Shown here in pieces: positions 36,601 through 51,240 of a DNA stretch of 64,000 nucleotides (positions are counted from its first letter, which is position 1; each line of letters opens with the position of its first letter). The position numbers and the translations under genes are program-made. The DNA is from Phoronis australis. Taxonomy: Eukaryota; Animalia; Phoronida. The notes under the pieces are model-generated. The model was not told where the DNA came from. It made no database searches and saw only the letters and a program-made list of their open reading frames with translations. Location: positions 73,839-137,838 of the forward strand of contig NMRA01000311.1 in NCBI GenBank assembly GCA_002633005.1, read 5' to 3'.

Positions 36601-39502
36601 CGCCAGGCTCAGTCTTTTGTTCGATGTCATGAGGCAAACACCAGTTATCTACCATGCTGCATGCATACATTAATGTACCTGATATCAAGAAAAAATACCC
36701 ATCCCAGTGTTTTGGACAGTTTTTAATGTATTTTGTTTGTGAAAGAAGGATTCTACACTAACTTTTCTGGAAGAGTACAATAATTTCAGATGTCAAACTT
36801 TAAAAATGCCAGTTTCTGTCCTTAACATTTCAGTTTATTTCAACCACTATTTTAGTGCCGTGAAAATATCGCTAATGCGATACAACACAATAGTTTAGAT
36901 AAAAATTCATGTCACCGAGGGCTGGTTACCCCCCCCTCTTGATTGATGTATAGAAGCATTTTCCAACTACGAGAAACCTCTGAACGGCCTGGTTTCCGTA
37001 AATCCAGTGTTAGCATTTGTAATTTCACAGAACCTTGTTTGGGTCATTGACATTAGTTTTGATACCATGCGTTGCAATGTCGTTGTGTAACAATCTGGAT
37101 GCAATGCGTTTTATTCAAGACAAAATGAAGCGTGATTACAAAATAATTTCAGTGCAACCGCTGGCCAGAGTTTAACACATCTTGACAATGAATTTTTTAT
37201 CAGCCAATGATCTGGGCGCACTCCTAAAAATATTCTGTCAGCGGTCTCGACTCGAAAAATGTTAAATCACCACTTTACATTTTCAGGCCGGTTCCCACTG
37301 AAATTTTTCATTGTTTAAATATCACTTTTTTTCACAAGAACGGAATTACGGTAATGAACATTGCGGCGATTGGAAGCACACCCATTCCCAACACGCTCAA
37401 CTTTAATCATTGTGAGAACACTTCATGGTACAGTCTCACCAATTTAGGACACGGCGTAGATGAAAAGTGAAATTTTATTTTATTTTCTAATTAACGATAA
37501 GTAGGGCAAAATAAATGTTTATTAGTTATAAAGATCTATACCACAACCCTATCAATTATTCTGTGGCTATTCACAACACTGTTAGCAGTCATTGAAAAAT
37601 GGGGAAAAGATCAAATTTTATAATTTCTTGTCCGAAATAGGCGAGATATTACTATAACTACTTTGTTCAAATGGCAAGACAGGTAAAGCATCTAGAATTA
37701 GGGCTGTGGAAATTAAATGAACATTTCTAATGTAAAATCACCAATTTTGGACAAAGTAAATTGTTTTTTTTTTTTTTCATTTTTTTAAAAGTTTGTAATG
37801 ATAATTGTGAAGGCCCACTATTTCTCAAACCATTGTTTGATGATTGATATGGTATAGAGCTTTAACAGTAATTATCCTCAAAATTATTTTTCTAAATCTC
37901 AAAGGCTAAATAACTTGATGCAAATGGTGGACACTTTACCAAATATAGTGTTACAAGATCCACTTGGTATAAACCAAGCCAATATTTTTCTATATTTTTT
38001 ATGGGAAACTTCACACAATAACAATTCCTTTTGTATGCCAGATTGTATACTAAATATGTGAAAAACTAGAGTAAACTTATGAATCATTTCTTTGGTGATA
38101 TTTATCTTTTATGACAACCTATAGTTAAAAAATGAAATTTAAATTTCACTTCTCCACTCTATTTGTGAGATTTTACCTTAGACATTCATGTATTATCTGC
38201 TTTCGTAATTTTATCAATATTAATGGGCATTTTATTTTAGATTGTCACCGAAGTTATCATTGTAGTTGCACTCTTGTCAAAGCTGACCATGCAATCCATG
38301 AGACAAGTCCAATGCTAACATTTGGACTTTTGTTACCCCAACACCTCAGGGAGCCTAAGCCAGACTGTGACTAAACTGTCCTAATTTGCTGAGAAACATC
38401 TTCAAAGTGAAATAGACAGTCTTGTAATTTTTACACTATCTTTTACCTTATACAAAACATTTGCTAACAGTTGTTCCAAAAATAACTTTCCAAATTTGTT
38501 TTGGGCCGATGGGTTCACATATAAACATAAATCAAATTCACTGTTGTAACCTGGCAAGTTTATATCATGTTGAATTTGTTGCTTTTATAAACGAAAACTG
38601 GCCTTGCTTCATGATTCAGCATTGTATGATTTTCATATGTTAGCTCTCTGCAAGAGAGTATTAGAAGGTTAATAACCCTTTCCCTAGACAGACAGACAAA
38701 CAAACAAATATGTGGCGCTCAAGCTGTTTCCAGTATGCCAGGTGAATATACCTGTAGATTACATCACTTGGAGGTTGATAACCCACATGGACACTGGAGG
38801 CTGTCAGGTTGGATCATAATAGTAAGCTGTTTACATTTGATTTACTCTTTCAAGAGTTTAATGATGTTAAGTGTTCAATACCTGTCCTTAAAGTTGTAAA
38901 GAGTAATGTTCAGATTGATATGACTATTACATTGGGACATCCCATTCAGACAGATTTGTGTCAAATGTTTTGATTTTGATTTTAATTTTATGATCCTCTA
39001 CGTGAAATTCATGAAATAAAGCAAGTTGTAACTTTTTGTTTTCATTGGTTATACCCTGATTGAAATATAACTTATAAATATTATTTTGGCTCAACAAACC
39101 TCTTCATACTTATTTTACATTATTCTAAAGTTAGCCATTTTTACCTGCCTTAATTTAAGTTCTCATGTGCTTTTGATTCTTGTGTTCTAGGTTTGGAAAA
39201 CCTTTGTTTTGATCATTCACGGTATTGTGTCCTGGTACATATTAATTATCAACTTAAGTTATTAATGCAACTTTCGCAAATGCTAAAAATAGAAACAAAT
39301 TTAACAAATTTGTATTGTATTGAAGTAAAGCTTAAGATAAGGTTCATGGATAATGTGTTGTTATGATTTTCATGTATCCTTCTCTCTTTGTTGTAGGGGC
39401 CCTACACTACTGGCTATTATGTAACTGTCAGGAAGGAATCAAAGTATCACAATTATTCACTTATTTTGCAAAAAATATTGCTGAAATTGTGTTTCTGGTA
39501 CT

Positions 39503-39621
39503 AGGACAGGACGAAGGCGGTAGTGGGACAGGACGAAGGCGGTAGTGGGACAGGACGAAGGCGGTAGTGGGACAGGACGAAGGCGGTAGTGGGACAGGAC
39601 GAAGGCGGTAGTGGGACAGGA
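39503..39621. repeat. 22-bp GC-rich minisatellite (~5 copies)
   Basis: Unit gggacaggacgaaggcggtagt. Confidence 0.92.
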
Positions 39622-42600
39622 CCAAGAAGGTGCCCCCAAAAAGCCATCTGAAGCTTATGAAATATTTTTTCATGCATACGATGGTTGAACCCTATTGCGA
39701 CATCTGAGATTTACCAGGCGGTGCTTCTTAATTGTTAAAGTTTTTGTCTAAGTATCAATTTTACAATGTAATTGAGTTGTTTGTAAGGCAAATTATTCAA
39801 TAACTTCATCACGCAAGTGTGTTTTAATTATGAATCAAGACATTTACTGTAATAAGTACATAAAATCTGTCAGATGTTTTGTTTGCCCACCATACAAACT
39901 GATATATGGTAGTGTTTCACTGTGATGACTGAGTAGACAATCAGCTCACTCTCGACACAGGCCTACACTGGTCAATATAATGGTCAACTGGTTTTAACAA
40001 ACTCTGACATAACAGCACATTATAACTTACATCAGTAGATTTTGGAAATTGATGCTTACATCTCAATTAAAACTGACCAGACATGTTGCTGTCCCTGGCA
40101 GATTTATCCCATCTGGCACTCTACAATGTTAATGTATAGTAACCCTGAAGGCTATTTTTCTGTCTGCTCTACTATGCCTATGCCCGTGAAAAAATATTTA
40201 GTAGAGGCATTATTGATTTCTTCGATTAATAGGAAAAGAAAGTGTTATTTCGTAGATGTTTCCCTGATGAAGGGATCAGTTATTAGTATTGAAGATTTGA
40301 TACATTTATGCAAACCAAAATATTTGTTTCTAATGACAATAATCCTATTTGAATTTAGGAAATTCTGAAGTATTTTAAATATGGAAGTTTTAAATCTTAT
40401 TTTTTCTAGGATGTACATACTTTTAAATAGTTTTGTAAGATCTTTAAATAATGTAATTGATTCATAGTGTCACTGATTTTGTGTCTTCTCATCTAATGTG
40501 AATCAAATGTTCATGTGTCTGGTGCAATTGAAACTTGTCCAAAGTGCTTTCTTGACTGATCCCCACCCATGTTCACTATAATAGATGTCCATTTGTCATC
40601 AGGTTGTCAGTGCTTCCACCTTCTCTATACATAACATTGTTCAATGTAGGCATGTGAAAGTCTGGCTATGGGGAATGCCTTGGTCCTAATTAATCACCTC
40701 CAGCTATGCCATAATTATTTGAGGAGGACTGTCTCACACCAACGTCATTAGTGGTGTATTATCCCTTATGTAATATACTGAAATATGCACCTACTGTTGC
40801 CACCGAAATGATGAATTGGACTGGGTGGATAGTTCTGGTTGACAATCTAATTATAAAGTGGCTCAATAAATATGTGTTGTATTTCATGTATATGAGTTTA
40901 ACTGGATGGATTATACGGTAATTTTCTACTCATTTCACAATGAAATTTGTCATCTTTTAACAATGGAAAATTTGTCAAATGTTGGCTTTTTGACATCTAT
41001 AAGTTACAAACCATGCTATTATAGAGGCTTAGAATTATCTTAATCTTTATTTTGTAGAGAAATTTGACAAACTAGACACTTGTCAGCCATATCATGTGTT
41101 TAATAAGTAAAGAATTACAGAAACATAACTTATAAACTTGTCAACATTTGCCACATTTTTCATGCAAGTGTTTCAGTACTGCTATATGGTGGTAATGTAT
41201 ATTGAGATATTTAGTAGACATTTTTATTAAATTACAATCTTCTAATAACTGATCCAGGGTGTACTAGTTCTTCATTTAGATAATAATAATTATAATAATA
41301 CCAAGTCATTTTTAAGGGTAATTACCTCACTTCAGATAATGTTAATTTTAGCAAATGCGATTATATGGTATCCTCATATCTATTACACTGAAACCAACTG
41401 GCAACAGATTGTTTTTTCTTTTTTAAGAATTTTGAATAACTTCACCGCAGTTCACTGTATTGTGAGCTAAATAGGTGACAAATTTTGTCCTGCAGTGCAT
41501 TCCCAAAATCTGTTGTGGTCAAAACTGATTTTTTCCGTTTAAAATCATGAAACCGTTTTCTAGATATTACTACAGCACTATTTATTGAAGAAATTCACAA
41601 AAGAGTCAGTCTATGGGGAGTTTGATGGCTCGTATCTTTTTAGTTTTCATTGTATGTAATGTTTCTTAGCTGTAGGTAATGCTGGTCATATGTCATCAGC
41701 CATAAAACGCTCACTTTATGTTGTTTTTATTGCTTGCTTTAGTCTAACTTGTGTATCTGACAGCCAGTCAGTCAAGTGATGACACTGCCAAACTTAGTGA
41801 CATACAGTGAAGCACAAGTTGATGATTTCGCAATTTTTTTCACACTTTCACGCATTACCAGCCTTATGCCAAGTTTGCCAAAATGTCATATTATTTCCTG
41901 TGTTAATTGGATAATTTGTCGCTAACCCTTCTGTTTTCCTCGTTATGAACTTTGGAACAAAGCGTCAGTTCACAAGATTTACTCCACTATTAAGTAATGA
42001 TCTGCTCAAACCATTTCCACATGGCATTCACTTGTAGCCAGGGATAATGATCTAAATATCACCACGCTGACCATGTGAGAGTAAATCAGTTTTACAGTAA
42101 GTCACCTTTAGTTTTTATTTTTCATCTTTTCAAGTTCCGGTGAGCCGCGTGTTGGGTTATAAGGTCTGCTACTTTCATTATCACAACATCGGCATTGCAA
42201 ACGCTTGATCTTTGAAATTAACCCATGTTTAAAACCATGTCGGACTTCATGCCTGTTTGGTAAAGCTATGTCTTCTCGTGTTTGTTTATTTGTGCTCCTT
42301 TGAAGTTCTGTTTACGTATGGTTATTCTTTACTCATTTAACACACAATCTGGCAATAAGTGAAATTCTATTCTAAAGATTAAGAAAATTTTACTCTATTA
42401 CCAGCATAGTTTACAGTGATGAGGTCATAAAACAACATTTGTAAAGTTTCCACTGTTCATAGTAAAGTAATCAGCCTTTAAAACTGGAAAATGATGATTT
42501 TGGTAATTTTTTGTGTGAAAGTAGAGAATTACTTAAGTACTGAACATCATTTCTTGAAAATTTTAGACTTTGTGATAATAGCTATGCGTTACTATGATCA

Positions 42601-43364
42601 AAATTCCAGTACAACTTTTTATTTCAATGAAACTTATTCTAAAACCTGAATTGATAGGTGTTTGTGTGAGTGCTTACCATAAAAAACTAGTAACTGGTTA
42701 AAAACAACATCATGTATCCTTTCTGTAATACACTTCTATTAATGGTATTGTATGCAGCATTTTTATTTGAAGCCTGGCTCAAGTGAAATTTGTTATATAT
42801 TTATTAGAAGATTAACCAGCTCTGGATGTCAACAGCAATCAAGCATTGTTCATGTTTAATCCATGCCCGATGAATTCTTTTCCGTGTCATAAAAAATTTT
42901 GTCTTGCTGTTCTCCTTTATGAATTGTTTTTGCACATAGTCGTTTTTCTTCTCTTTACGGTAATTGTATACTTATTTTGCACAAAATAATTGCCTAGATG
43001 TTCATTTTCCATTTTTATTTTTCAACAGCTATTTTTCCTTTTTCAAATGAAACCTTAAGTAATTGTTAATTTATGACGTCTACATGAATCATGCTTTTAA
43101 TAGACTAAAATATCCTTGTTCTTTTATTTTGTACAGAAATTTCAAAATTTTGCTTGCTGACCATATTGTGGGCTAAGTAAATTGAAGAATTCCCATAGTG
43201 CTTAAAATAAGAGGGTTTTTAGTTTATTAAATCTACTATAAGCTCATCAAGAAAGTAACTTCATTTTGAGCACTTACTGTCATCAATCTAGTTTTAACTT
43301 ATTCTCTATTCTAGAGATGATTCCAGGGTTAAGAACAATTGATAATTACTATCAAAGCAGGTCA

Positions 43365-43470
43365 CTTTATGCACCTCAGCAGGGCTGCAAGCTCCACCAA
43401 CACTACAAGTTCTTCCTTTATGCACCTCAGCAGGGCTGCAAGCTCCACCAACACTACAAGTTCTTCCTTT
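43365..43470. repeat. ~51-bp tandem duplication
   Basis: ctttatgcacctcagcagggctgcaagctccaccaacactacaagttcttc x2. Confidence 0.9.
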
Positions 43471-45015
43471 GTTGAGTAAGGAACAAGTTGTGGCCAATTT
43501 TATGGTGGAAAGTGGTCAAACTTATCAAAGGCTGTGTTGTTGCCTTACAAATTCATTGCAAAATTCTGGTTATTTGTAGAAAAATAGGCTTTGAAACATG
43601 GGAAAGGTTGCAATTTTGGTCATTTTTGAGGAAGGGTGAAGAATTGGTATGCACCTATTTGGAACAGAGTATTGCTGGTGAGTGAAATTTTGTTGCCAAA
43701 TTTCTCCAGAAAAATGAAGGGGTTTGTACTGTGTTTATTCCAAAACCTCCGGATTGGTTTCATCTCTAGACGACAGTGGTTTCCAAAATCGAGGGTATAT
43801 TCAGTCATCAAACTAGTCCATTATTAAAACATTCCTGCAGTCTTTTGTAGGACATCAATTCGCACCACAGTTCAATGAATGACTAAAACCACATGGACCA
43901 CTTTTGTCGATGGATAGCATGGAACCGAAAGTTTACGTGTCTGACTCTTGGTTAATTTCTATTGTAAAAATGATCCTAACTCAATTTCTCACTTGTGGAA
44001 TTACATTTCAAAAGCCAAACAGTTCGAAAAATCAGGAATTTTAGTCCACTATAGTTCAATTTAGTTTAGTCAGTGATTTTTTGCCAAGAAATATTTGCAC
44101 ATTCGTTAATTTGCTCCACTCCACACGAGCTGAAAGGACTATATCGGTGTTCCTGATATACAGACTTTAGTTGTTCTTTGCGTATACTAAATCTGTTGAC
44201 GCTGTTCAAGGTGTAGTGAAACGGACCGTGTTCATGCCACAGATGGTGTAATGGAACCATGTTGACGCCATACATGGTGTAGTGGGACCATGTTGACGCC
44301 ATACATGGTGTAGTGGGACCATGTTGACAAGGTATAGTGATGTTGCTGATCAGATTGGGAAAGTTTCCATTGTTTGCAGTACAAATCAGTCAGCTTTTGA
44401 AAAATAGAAATGACAGTCTTAGCAGTTATTTTTGTTTGACTTTTCCAACATAGCGGTGTTCATTTGACATTAGATAGTGTTGAACTATAGTGTGGTCATT
44501 CGCAATGATGGTGAAAGCTCTTAAAAATCAAAAATGGATTTTAGCAATTGGTTGTGACTGAAATTGGTGAGATTTTACTGTAAATTAAAGAAACTGCTGA
44601 TAGCTGAACAATGATGTCAGTTATCTGTCATCCATCTAGTGTACATTATGTCTGCATAGTCTTGAGACTATAATGACTTGCTGTTGTCCTATAACAGTCT
44701 ACACACCTGTCTTACAATAACAAATTAGGGATACCCCATACTGATAGTGAAGTGGCAACAATCAACAGTCCATGAAATAGGAATGTAATTTTGAGTCAAG
44801 GCTCTGGGTGGGAGGATCCTTTTGGAATGGGTTCCCATGGTTGAAATATCTAAAATTGATTATTGGAAAATCTCCATGGCAGCTTAAAGTGAAATATGTG
44901 ATGGTTCAGAATCTCACTACTATGATCGTCTCTCCCTTGTGCTTAGTGATAACTACTGAGTCTGAATTGAGGTGAATGTGGGGTGAGTGTGTTAAGTGAC
45001 CTTGTGGACAGTCGG

Positions 45016-45199
45016 GAACATTGAGGGCCCTCGTGAAAAGTAGTGAACATTGAGGGCCCTCGTGAAAAGTAGTGAACATTGAGGGCCCTCGTGAAAAGTA
45101 GTGAACATTGAGGGCCCTCGTGAAAAGTAGTGAACATTGAGGGCCCTCGTGAAAAGTAGTGAACATTGAGGGCCCTCGTGAAAAGTGGTGAACATTGAG
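45016..45199. repeat. 28-29-bp minisatellite (~6 copies)
   Basis: Unit gaacattgagggccctcgtgaaaagtagt. Confidence 0.92.
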
Positions 45200-46983
45200 T
45201 GTCCTCATGTAAAGCAATGAACGTTCATGAAAGGAATTGGTCAACTCTACTGATTGAGCACCTCAGAATCTGCTGGTTTAGATCAAACACTCCATGCTGT
45301 TGTGGTTAATTAAATTGCTTCAGGCTCCTGATGTTATTGTTATCTTGATAATGAGCCCCACCAGAAACACATTGCGGGTGACAATAGTATTTTTAAATTA
45401 TGGTTTTGAAAGTTTGTAAATAGGATATTTGAATAGTTCGTGAAAGGGACACGTGATTAGGTTTTTGAGCTTTGAACATTGGACAAGAAATGTGACTTTT
45501 ACAACCTAAAACATTTTGTTTAATGTTGCAATATGTTCCACATAATGCTCCTGGGTGTGCAAACCACCAGGCAGCAGTGGAATTTTGAAGTAAGCCAAGT
45601 ATCACGGTACAAGGCATGATTGAGGATCCTCCTACATGGAAAGCAGTGAACATCAAGTCACTGATGACGATTATTTTTTTAAAGTGTGGCATTTAGTTTT
45701 CAAAAGTGGAAAATGAGTCGAACCACTTATGCTTGCCAAGCCAATTCCCTTCCATGACAGTGCTTTTCCGTTCAGTGACTTTACCCCACATAGGGGGTTC
45801 TGAGCGTGTGATAACATCTAGCTTTTTCGTTAACTGCCAAGCATAGTCTTTTGTCTGTTATGACAACAGGCAGGCCAATTATCTACTAGGCTTATTACAG
45901 ACCACGTGTGAACACAGTCAAACTGAGAGTGAATTGGTACATTCGGAAAGAATAGATTGTCGTAACTTCGGTTGCAGTTGGGCGATTTTGGCCATTCAAA
46001 ACTAAACATGATCACCATTTGACGAAGATTTCAGAAATGCTATTGGTTTATGTTAAAATATGTTATAACTTAACTTTTATTTTTAACAGGGCAACCCAGT
46101 CAGGGCAGATACGATCTTATTGGAGATTAGAGCAATTATCGAACAAAAGAGAGCTGGCCCTCCATAAATGCCAGAATGGAGTTAATCAGTCGTGTAAGAT
46201 ATTGGCTACAGGGGTAAACTTCCCAACTTGTTGTTGGGCTATAGCATCGAACAAGTTGGGAGCAATGGGAGAATGCCGTAATGCAATTCCTTACCATTAC
46301 TAAACTAGAACAGTGATTCAACCATTAGAAACTCGGCTCATTTCAAATCACCTGCATGTGCAGATTTGTTCAAGAATAGCTCCTGTCTAGAATCCTGTTT
46401 ATCTGAGAAACTCTGATCTAAGGTGTGTAGTAAAATAATTAATTAACACCTTCGTGACGACTTTGTAACCGTAAAACTTTCGTCCAGTGAAATATACCGT
46501 GAACTTAAACTGGTGATTTCTCGAAATGTTTGCCCTTTGAAATTGAATTCATCAAGAAAAGTTAGTTCACGATCATTTATTACCCAAGGAAACAATAAAA
46601 ATAAAAATTAGTCAAAATTGTTGTGTTGGGTTTTGGTTCTCTGGCGGCCATTGATGAAGATGTTCCATTTATCATAAGTCTTCACCTATCTTAAGCTCGC
46701 CATATGTATGGCAGAGAAGTGAAATTTTATTTAGTCAATTTCGGACCAAAAAGGATTATGAAAATTTTAATCATCTGTTTGGTTGTTTATACTTATAGAT
46801 GTTATAAAACAAATAAAACAACATTTGACTAACTTTCCATTATTTGCAGCAAAAAGATAATCAGTGTTTAAAAAATTGAAAATGACTCTTTTGGCAATTA
46901 TTTGAGTGCATGATAACTGAAAAATATGGCAACTCTTTGAAATGTGGGAGATAATAGTCTGAGATAAAAGAGCTTAACAATGG

Positions 46984-47253
46984 AGATCAACTTTGAGTCA
47001 AATACTAGAATAAAAACTACCGACGTTGCGTCCGCATCTCAGAGACTTCAGCTTGGCTTGTGACACTATCGTTATTCTGGCCAATTGGTGGCGTTTTGAA
47101 CAGACAGCGCAGCATTGACATCTGTTCGAAACGCCACCAATTGGCCAGAATAACGATAACGTCACAAGCCAAGCTGAAGTCCATGAGATGCGGTCGCAAT
47201 GTTGCTAATTTCTTGTAAAGTTTTTATTCTAGTACTAGACTCAAACTTGATCT
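46984..47253. mobile_element. ~270-bp foldback/hairpin MITE
   Basis: Long inverted arms (gatcaa..tgagtc..tactagaataaaaact...gacttcagcttggcttgtgac..tatcgttattctggccaattggtggcgttt) around a ~15-nt loop. Confidence 0.75.
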
Positions 47254-50200
47254 GTTTTCTCAACCGGATGTCTCAAAATTTTCATGCTTTTACTTAGCAA
47301 TGGACTAGAGTGATATCTGGAGGTGAAACCAATATAGCAGATAGTACAAACTGGCTGAATACAGATACACTTATATGAAGTTCTATGTTGTTTTCATATA
47401 ACCACAAAATCTCCTTGGATTTTTAACAGGTACATAAATAATTTTGTCACTCAGAATTATATGCTCAAACGGTGTTTCACCAATGATGGAGTAAAGTACC
47501 TTAATTACCCTTCATTAAATAGATCAGGTTGGCATCCTATAGGATGCATTTTGGTTATTCACCTATGGATAGTTGGTAACTCTTGGTTACTAAGTTAATT
47601 CTGCACACCCCTTAACAACAAAGTCCATATATTCAGTTTATTTGGCACACTCTCAATTATCTAGAAAATATGTTTATTTTATTTATTTCAGTCTTACTCT
47701 AAACATGAGAAGAATCACTGTACCAAAATTGTAATACTCGTTTTTTATGTCAAAATGAAAGAATGAAATTTCACTTTTTGCCACATTACATCTTAAATTG
47801 GTGCGATTTTACTGCATGGGCGGTCCTTTTCTGGTTACTGACAGTTGAAGTTGTGCCTGTCTGCAAATGGTCCATTGTTTTGCGTTGGTGTATGGGGTAA
47901 TTGTGCATAAGTTGGTGAAGTATGTTGTTTGCTGCTCATAGACATCCAACTCATTGGTGTTACGGTTATTCTCCACGTGTTTCGTACAAAAAGTGATTTG
48001 CCAAGATTGTCATTTGTCCATATATCAAAGGTTGTAATGAAGGAAAATTTACCAAAAGTTGTTTTATGAAATCTACACAGTATGAACTACTACTACACTG
48101 AAATTTGCTTTCGCTTTATTTTTGAAGACAAATTTAGTGAAATAGATTTCACTTGTCGGTCCTATTGAGTAAAGACTTCTATCAGTGAGTGTATGCCCTT
48201 TTCTGGTTGGCTTCACCTGGTAGAAAAACCTGGTTGAAGAATGCTGCCTTATAAGAAGTAAGTGTTGATCTAGACACGTGTGTTGCAGTGTCTCGTGTAT
48301 GGCAGCACATGACCAGAGTGGGGGAACAGGTGGCAGGAAGTGCTGCTGATGGTGCCAGCATATGGCACACAGAACTGTGGTCTGTTGCTACTGCTGTGGG
48401 CTAAACCTTTGGCTATTGACTGGTCTGTTTATCTGTTCCTTTGACTGAGACTGGTCTAGGTGATGCATGTCCAAGGGGGGCCTTGGTTTGGTTCCATTGT
48501 CTAGACTAAGCATAGTAGAAGTTCTGTGTATTCTGCCACTGGCTGGGACTGAGTTGGGCATTGCAGGGATTGGGTTATGGCATATCTGGACTTGGGTCAG
48601 CAGGCGGCACAGCGGGAGACTGTGGTCAACTGCCAATGCCTAACTGGCTACATTGGCTGATGTGTGACTGAGCATCGTTACAAATGGCAAGACTGCGGCA
48701 TGCAAAGAGCTCAAGAGGCTGGGCCCCTCCGCATTAGGCTTGTTACTGTGTTGGACATTTACTGTATACGTTGACAAGTTACTAATATAAAACAGTAATT
48801 GGCATTGGCAGTCACCCCTTACTTCATAAATGCTTTGGTATTTTCTTTTTAAAGGCACACAACTAGTTACAGCAGTTACAGGCAGCGGTATGCAATGTTT
48901 TAATTTTGTGCAAAGCTGGTGAGTTTTTGGCGTACTTGGGAATAGCAAAATCCCTTCGTATACTGACTCTTTATGGTTATGACTGCGAAAATGACTTTTG
49001 CTGGATCCTTTCTCAAACTCTGGTGCACAAGACAAGCCATATGCTAACAAGATAAAACATTACATGTATATATCCTCTCTGTATATTGTTTGATTGGGCT
49101 TGTAATTTTGATGTTCTCCCACAACTGTGGTAAGTTGACACAAGATATTAAAATGCTGTAAAATCTCATTGCTTAAATCACAGACCAAAGACACATGACC
49201 TGGAGGTGGCACTTAATGTTTGCCAGCGAAATACTGAGTCACTGTTTGAAGGCACAGCTCTTTCAAATATGTCACTGCTGTTTGAGAAAAAAGTTTTTGA
49301 GAAAGTTGCAATTCAAGTCAATTGAAGCCTTAAATTTTTAGAAGGACTGCCCAATGAACATTTCTTATCCTGTAAATGATGTGGAAATTCGTAATGGCAA
49401 CAAGTAATGAAAGTCTTGTGGTGCGATAGAAAAGTTCAAAACTGATTGCAGTATGTTAAAGTGATTTAATTGCAATATTAATATTGTAATTAAATTTTGT
49501 TTCTCATTTCAGATAACCAGAAGGAAATTTTGTTTAAAATTTCTCAGTTTATCATGACAACTTGGTACCGTTGTAGGTCTACAATTACTGACGTAAGTTT
49601 CTCACCTGTGCAAGAGCGTTGGAAATTGAAAATAGTTGGTTATGTAAAAGAGTCAAGTTGTTTACGCAGGCCTACCAAACTGTGTTCAATGATGGATGGT
49701 TAGTGATGGTGCCAACATAGTCATCATTCCTAGATCATCATTTGATGATCGCCTCTAGTCTAAAATTAAACCTTTCTAATTACATCTTGTGCTGCTGATG
49801 TGAAATACACCTAACATTAGATGAATCTAAATGTCTAGAATTGTTCCAAAAATTAGACTTTAGAGTAACTCGTGTCAGCTGTGGGGTTAAAATATGCGTT
49901 TTGTGTCCAAGCATCACTGCTAACTTTATTTCATCTTGTTTGACTGAGCATATTCATCTCATTACTGTTTGGCTGAGCATATTCATCTCATTACTGTTTG
50001 GCTGGCCTGTACAATATGTAAGGTCCAAAAATGTGATAATGACCAAGGTTTTTGGTCGCATTGGAATAGGCCTACTCGTTCAGTCACTCAGCTACCAGTA
50101 TTTTACCCAAGGTTTTGGGGAAGTTTTGTGAAAACTTTCAGATGCTCGGAATGTATAAAGGAACAATCAATTATATTTTGGGAAAGATATCGTGTTTACA

Positions 50201-50706
50201 GTCGAACAACAGTTGTTTTTAATGCAAAACAATTGACTGTCATTTGATTCAGTGCTATAGCAAGCAGCATGCCTACGTGCTTAGCTTGTGTGGGCTTTTA
50301 AAATCACTATTTTAGTCTTTGAAAACACATTTTGTAAAATAGCATGACAGTGGATTACTATGATGCCTTGCTGTTGGATTGTATTCACCTTGTGGGTTAT
50401 AGTTTACTGTCAGTTAAAAACAAACAATGACATCACAATGTGGTTGACTTGAGTTGAGTGTTAGTAAAGTGGTAGAGAAGTGACTTGTGAACAAGAACAT
50501 TCCTTGATTGGATTGAATCACACTGTGATCGCACGCAAAAAAGTTTTAAAGGGAATTCATCCGACAGTACCATAGCAGTGTTCATTACTGCAGATCATTA
50601 ACTCCAAGTTACTGCTCTCTTAACCTTGTGCTACACCAAATCTACAATGCTTAGCTTAATTACTATTTGCGTGATCATCTGGATCGTTTCAAGACTGTGT
50701 AGAGAC

Positions 50707-51240
50707 TGTCTGAATTATTACAGTAAAGTAACCGTCTGAATTATTATTGTAAAGCAACCGTGTGAATTATAGTAAAGTAACTGTCTGGATTATTATTGTA
50801 AAGTAACCGTCCGAATTATTATAGTAAAGTAACCCTCCAAATTATTATAGTAAAGTAACCGTCCGAATTATAGTAAGTAACCCTCCGAATTATAGTAAAG
50901 TAACCCTCCAAATTATTATAGTAAAGTAACCCTCCGAATTATTATAGTAAAGTAACCCTCCAAATTATTATAGTAAAGTAACCCTCCGAATTATTATAGT
51001 AAAGTAACCCTCCGAATTATTATAGTAAAGTAACCCTCCGAATTATTATAGTAAAGTAACCCTCCGAATTATTATAGTAAAGTAACCCTCCGAATTATAG
51101 TAAAGTAACCCTCCGAATTATTATAGTAAAGTAACCCTCCAAATTATTATAGTAAAGTAACCTTCTGAATTATTATAGTAAAGTAACTCTCTGAATTATT
51201 ATAGTAAAGTAACCGTCTGAATTATTATAATAAAGTAACT
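50707..51240. repeat. AT-rich 25-28-bp minisatellite (~19 copies)
   Basis: Unit gaattattatagtaaagtaaccctcc with variants. Confidence 0.92.
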
